Source of the DNA: Candidatus Nanoarchaeia archaeon
Lineage (GTDB): Archaea; Nanobdellota; Nanobdellia; Pacearchaeales; GW2011-AR1
NCBI GenBank assembly: GCA_028711165.1
Contig: JAQTST010000001.1
Coordinates: 300,520 to 364,519, forward strand
Direction: 5' to 3'
Length of the DNA: 64,000 nt
The notes below the pieces were generated by a model. The model was not told the origin of the DNA, made no database searches, and was given only the letters and a program-made list of their open reading frames with translations. The translations under genes and the position numbers were made by a program. This document shows, one piece after another, positions 60,203 to 64,000 of this stretch (its first letter is position 1; each line of letters starts with the position of its first letter).

Positions 60203-60475
60203 ATGCACGCTGTAATAAAAAAATATAACAAACCAGCATTAGCAATTGCAGTTTTCGTTTCAGTGCTTCACGCACTTTGGTTAATCCTCGTTGCTTCTGG
60301 TTTTGCACAGGTTTTGATGGACTGGATATATTCTTTGCATATGTTAAGTAATCCTTTCATTGTAATGAGTTTTGATATGGTTAATGCAATCATATTATTA
60401 ATCGTACCTGCTCTAATGTCTTATATTGCTGTTTTACTTTTCGGACTTGTCTGGAAAATGATGGTAAAGAAATAA
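60203..60475 (+). CDS. Small membrane protein (90 aa, 3 TM)
   Basis: Strong SD AAGGAGGTGA upstream and three hydrophobic segments. Confidence 0.55.
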   Translation: MHAVIKKYNKPALAIAVFVSVLHALWLILVASGFAQVLMDWIYSLHMLSNPFIVMSFDMVNAIILLIVPALMSYIAVLLFGLVWKMMVKK

Positions 60476-60500
60476 TAAGACAATTTTTATTTTTATTTTT

Positions 60501-61472
60501 TTAATTTTCATACAAAGTTCCTGCACATTCGTAATCTGTTATCTCTTCCGGAGTTAACTGGTAATTTGTTTTTTCTCCAATCAGATAATCTTCTAAATCA
60601 TAAAGAGAAGAAAATTTGCAGTTTCCATTTTTTCCTATGACTTCTGGCTGTTCAGGGGCAACCATGCTTATTATTTCTTTGTAGAGCGGGCATTTCTCAT
60701 CTTTCCATCCTCTTATTTTATAATAAAATGTTACGGACAACTCGGAATCTGTGCTGTTAACAAATTTTCCTGCTCTTGTCAAATTTGCTATTTCACAATT
60801 TTTAGCGGCATTTATCAAACAATCAATATCCCCGCAGACAATTGCTGAGTTCAAAACACAACTTCCGGGACAGCAATTTCCGTCTAATGTACTTATTGTA
60901 GTTTCATTGCAAGTCTGTGTTGTGCTGCATAAGATTCCTGAAATTTCAGAGCAAGTCTGGCATCTTTGAATTTCTGATGGTTTATTTTTTTCTGTACTGC
61001 AATGATTTTTGTCTGTGCATATCCTGGTTTGATTTCCTGCTGAACAAGCACCCCAATTATCACATTCCCAATTTTCATTGCAGATTATTCTTTTAATATG
61101 CAAATCTGCTTTTCCATTTGCTATGCTGTTTAATGTTATGTTAATATCTTTTACTCCGTTATCATCCAAATCAAAAGAAACACTTTTATTTACATAAATA
61201 ATTGTAAAAATCCCAACTTCGCTGCTTTGAATTGTAACTCTAACAGAATCTTCAGAAGTGGAATTCAGCACTATCGATGAATCATCATTGTTCAGAAGAA
61301 ATCTAAAAAATTTATTCTGCTCCAAAACAAGAGAAGTTTCATTTGGGAGTTCAGTTATGTTTTGAGATTGATTTATTATTTCAGAAGAGGGAGAAATTTT
61401 AAGAGAGAAAAAAAGAATAATTCCTGTAACTACAATTAATGCAGCTCCGATTATTATCGCCTTCTGCTTCAT
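60501..61472 (-). CDS. Secreted/anchored Cys-rich protein
   Basis: N-terminal TM AIIIGAALIVVTGIILFF. CNENWECDNWGACSAGNQTRICTDKNHC motif plus further Cys clusters. Confidence 0.6.
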   Translation of the reverse strand: MKQKAIIIGAALIVVTGIILFFSLKISPSSEIINQSQNITELPNETSLVLEQNKFFRFLLNNDDSSIVLNSTSEDSVRVTIQSSEVGIFTIIYVNKSVSFDLDDNGVKDINITLNSIANGKADLHIKRIICNENWECDNWGACSAGNQTRICTDKNHCSTEKNKPSEIQRCQTCSEISGILCSTTQTCNETTISTLDGNCCPGSCVLNSAIVCGDIDCLINAAKNCEIANLTRAGKFVNSTDSELSVTFYYKIRGWKDEKCPLYKEIISMVAPEQPEVIGKNGNCKFSSLYDLEDYLIGEKTNYQLTPEEITDYECAGTLYEN

Positions 61473-62332
61473 TTAATCCTTCCTTCCTGCCAGTCTTTCA
61501 GAATCAGTCTTGCAGTTTTGTCCTCGTCAACTTCGTTTCTTTTTTTCAGGAATCCTTTTTGCCTTCCGAGTTTTTCCATTAAGACTTCGGCATCTCCGTT
61601 GGCAGATATGCTGTAAAACTTTTCGAGAACAGAAGAATAATCTCTCATAATATTTGTCACAGCGACGGCAGGGTCTTTAACCTGACTGTATGATCTCGCC
61701 CCGACTTTTGTGTTTCTCGCCATTGCTTCGATGTTCGACGTTGAATATTGCTTTGCAGGAATAACTCCGGGGCTGTCGAGGAGAACTATATTTGATGTCA
61801 GGTTTACTTTCTGAATTCCGTGGGTAAATCCTGCATCTGAACCGACGCCGGCAGCAGGTTTTCCGACGAGAAGATTGATTACAGAACTTTTCCCTGTGTT
61901 TGGAAATCCTATAATTCCGACGGTGATTTTGTTTAGAAATTTATCGACGGGGCGTTTGACAGTGTAGGAAGTTATTTTTATTTTGTTCCTTAATTCTTTC
62001 CCGCCTTTTCTTGTTATGCACGAGACAAAAACTTTTGGTGTCAGCGAGCTGATTTCCTCTTCTTTTATTTTTTTTATATCAATCAAATCTGACTTGTTGA
62101 AAACGTAAATTATTTTTTTGTCCTGTTTTTTGATTTCTTTTTCCAGTTCAGGATTTCTTGTCTCCTGTATGAACCTCGCGTCGAGAACTTCGAGAATAAT
62201 GTCAGACATTCTGATAATAGTTTCTGCAAGCTCAGGATATTTTGCTTTATCTGTTCCTGAAAATCTCGGGCGTTTCATTATCATAGAAGATTTGTGCTTT
62301 GTTCCCTTTGAAAATCGCAATGGTGTTCTCAT
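61469..62332 (-). CDS. Circularly permuted GTPase (YlqF/YawG family, ribosome biogenesis type)
   Basis: G4 NKSDL precedes G1 GFPNTGKSSVIN and G3 DSPG, the permuted motif order typical of this family. Confidence 0.75.
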   Translation of the reverse strand: MRTPLRFSKGTKHKSSMIMKRPRFSGTDKAKYPELAETIIRMSDIILEVLDARFIQETRNPELEKEIKKQDKKIIYVFNKSDLIDIKKIKEEEISSLTPKVFVSCITRKGGKELRNKIKITSYTVKRPVDKFLNKITVGIIGFPNTGKSSVINLLVGKPAAGVGSDAGFTHGIQKVNLTSNIVLLDSPGVIPAKQYSTSNIEAMARNTKVGARSYSQVKDPAVAVTNIMRDYSSVLEKFYSISANGDAEVLMEKLGRQKGFLKKRNEVDEDKTARLILKDWQEGRIK

Positions 62333-62368
62333 GACAGAAATAGGGAAGAGGAGTTTATAAAATTAAAA

Positions 62369-63256
62369 TTAAGCTGCAGCAGGACTTATTTCATTGGTTC
62401 CTTCACTGCTGCCGATACTGCCGTCATTTATTCCCGGCTCTCCAGAATCAACAGTTCCGGGTTCAATAGTATTTCCTGGAGAATTTCCGCCCGCTACTGT
62501 CCCAGGAGCATATCCTCCATTTCCCTCGCTGGCAACTTCATTATCCTGAGTCCCGTCTCCTGCAACATAAGTTTTAACTTCTGGTTTTAATCCATTATCT
62601 CCCTGAGCAACTTCTGTCTCAACAACTTTAGCCAATCCGCCCTCGACGACAACTCCTGCTTCTCCGCCTGCAGTTGTCCCTTCAGCATAAGTATGTTCAA
62701 CAACCCAATTCGAAATTTCATTATCAATTACATCTATTCTATTTTCAATTATTACTACTCTGTCTTGTCCAACACTCCCATTCACGACAACTTCATTAGA
62801 AAGATTTTGCTCTTCTTTGCCTTCCATTTCTATCACCCATTCTGCAGTCAGCCCTGTTTTTTCTTCTTCCAAGGAATAAACTTCAAAATCCTCTGAGAGA
62901 TTTTCTTCCTGTTTTATTTCATTTAAAATTTCAGAGGAACTCTCTTTTACTTCATCGGCAGTCTCTAAGGAAACTTTTTCCTGAATGAGCTGGAGTTTTC
63001 CCCAGGCTTTTTCAAGATTTATTTCTGCTTCCTTATCATTGTTATTTTTTGTATTTACAATTGCAGAGTTCACTTCTTTCTCCCGAATTTCTAAAGACAG
63101 CGTAACTTTATTATCTGTTCCGAAAGTAAAAAACATTACAACATCGTCGATAAATCTGTCAAAACCAGAATAAGTTGCAGCCTGTTCCTGAGCCAAGACA
63201 AAAGGGGAAATTAATAATATTCCGAATAGAAATAAAACTGCCACACTCTTTTTCAT
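62369..63256 (-). CDS. Secreted protein with Gly/Glu-rich C-terminal region
   Basis: Signal peptide MKKSVAVLFLFGILLISPFVLAQE, a helical N-terminal domain and a low-complexity C-terminus. Confidence 0.55.
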   Translation of the reverse strand: MKKSVAVLFLFGILLISPFVLAQEQAATYSGFDRFIDDVVMFFTFGTDNKVTLSLEIREKEVNSAIVNTKNNNDKEAEINLEKAWGKLQLIQEKVSLETADEVKESSSEILNEIKQEENLSEDFEVYSLEEEKTGLTAEWVIEMEGKEEQNLSNEVVVNGSVGQDRVVIIENRIDVIDNEISNWVVEHTYAEGTTAGGEAGVVVEGGLAKVVETEVAQGDNGLKPEVKTYVAGDGTQDNEVASEGNGGYAPGTVAGGNSPGNTIEPGTVDSGEPGINDGSIGSSEGTNEISPAAA

Positions 63257-63337
63257 AATTGAAATAAGGGGAAAGAGGATTTAAATGTTTTGGGAAACGC
63301 CCACACTGAAATAGTAAGAATATATAAGGGGTGGAAA

Positions 63338-63493
63338 ATGGTATTTTTAATGGTTAAACCTCAACTGCAAAAACAGCGATTAGAAAAAAATTGTTTTGGG
63401 ACAAAAGAATGGTCCAAAAATTCAGGTATTTGTAAAGGATGCGAACAGAAAATTGATTGCGGTAAAATGAAAATAGTAAATAATAATCCTTAG
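63338..63493 (+). CDS. Possible small Cys-containing protein (51 aa)
   Basis: SD-like AAGGGGTGG before the ATG at 63338. Contains C..(13)..CKGC..(4)..C. Weak. Confidence 0.25.
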   Translation: MVFLMVKPQLQKQRLEKNCFGTKEWSKNSGICKGCEQKIDCGKMKIVNNNP

Positions 63494-63547
63494 ATCTGTT
63501 AAGAATTCTTGAAAAATAATATTCCACTTCATTTGATAGAAAAAGAA

Positions 63548-63619
63548 CGCCCACGCCGAGAGTCGAACTCGGGTTATATCCGTGACAGGGATATGTCATA
63601 GCCGTTAGACCACGTAGGC
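63548..63619 (-). tRNA. tRNA-Asp(GUC), no intron
   Basis: Hand-folded from the reverse complement: acceptor GCCTACG/CGTGGGC (one U-G pair), anticodon stem TATCC/GGATA, loop CTGTCAC, T arm CCGAG-TTCGACT-CTCGG, discriminator G. Confidence 0.8.
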
Positions 63620-63683
63620 ATATTATCTAATGAAACAAAGAGAAAAGTTATTTTTAAAGATTACTGATGAGATTTTCAGTTTA

Positions 63684-64000
63684 TTATCCTAATTCCCATG
63701 TGATTGTGTACAAGCCAGAATTATCTTTCTGGAAATCGGTGATTGCCTTTGCTGCTTTTTGAATGTCTAAATCTTTTGTAAACTCTGCTATGATTCTCTG
63801 TTCTTCGACTTCAAATTCTTTTGGAGCTCCGTTGGAAACTGCAGGATACATTCCCTTAATTTTTGAGATTGATGCGAAATCTAAAATTGCTGTCTTTTGG
63901 TACTGGTCATATTTGCTGACGTCGGTGTCTGTTCTTGCAGAGATTGAACCTTTCAGAGGATTGAATGCATCCTGTCCTTCTTTAGAGCCGATAACCTCAA
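63684..64000 (-). CDS. Hypothetical protein, C-terminal part (gene runs off the right edge)
   Basis: Absent from the ORF track. My minus-strand translation is open from the window edge: ...EVIGSKEGQDAFNPLKGSISARTDTDVSKYDQYQ...FQKDNSGLYTITWELG*, with the stop at 63684..63686. Confidence 0.5.
   Translation of the reverse strand, partial: EVIGSKEGQDAFNPLKGSISARTDTDVSKYDQYQKTAILDFASISKIKGMYPAVSNGAPKEFEVEEQRIIAEFTKDLDIQKAAKAITDFQKDNSGLYTITWELG

Overview
The window is visibly AT-rich and gene-dense, and it reads as archaeal, most like a small-genome DPANN-type lineage (inference). Archaeal or eukaryotic-type translation genes support this: L7Ae-S28e-L24e, S6e, S10, aIF2-gamma, aIF5B, Kae1 and Elp3. 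So do two tRNA genes with long introns at the anticodon loop, and a T(T/A)TA(A/T)A box that sits 29 nt upstream of about a dozen checked start codons, which implies mostly leaderless mRNAs. Housekeeping content includes TrpRS, ThrRS, SerS, GyrB/GyrA, ThyX, an MTAP-APRT fusion, a YchF-like GTPase and a circularly permuted GTPase.

The main accessory content lies between about 13.3 and 39.3 kb. It is a cell-surface locus of four paralogous genes. Each starts with an almost identical promoter and an archaeal type IV pilin-like (class III) signal peptide module, followed by a different large extracellular cargo: beta-helix, LamG lectin, or PKD plus a glycosidase-like domain. With them are a 3258-aa repeat-rich, sequon-dense giant surface protein, a smaller paralogous membrane protein, and a 341-aa Lys/Arg-rich winged-helix protein.

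Other points worth a second look:
- a complete bacterial-type sigma-70 gene between two intron-containing archaeal tRNA genes
- an intergenic repeat family with core AATTTGGGTCACGCCTGATAAG
- a second short repeat that supplies an SD plus ATG leader to three unrelated genes; at gyrA it is flanked by a 13-nt direct duplication
- tmk interrupted by one in-frame TAA at the conserved Gln
- a promoter-bearing Dph2 N-terminal fragment followed by a 290-nt ORF-free stretch
- a minimal (~165-190 aa) PolX-like polymerase
- a HEPN-motif protein, a retropepsin-like protease gene pair, and a C16 homopolymer tract

No rRNA genes, CRISPR arrays or recognisable transposases were seen. All calls come from reading the sequence and the ORF track. 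No database search was run.
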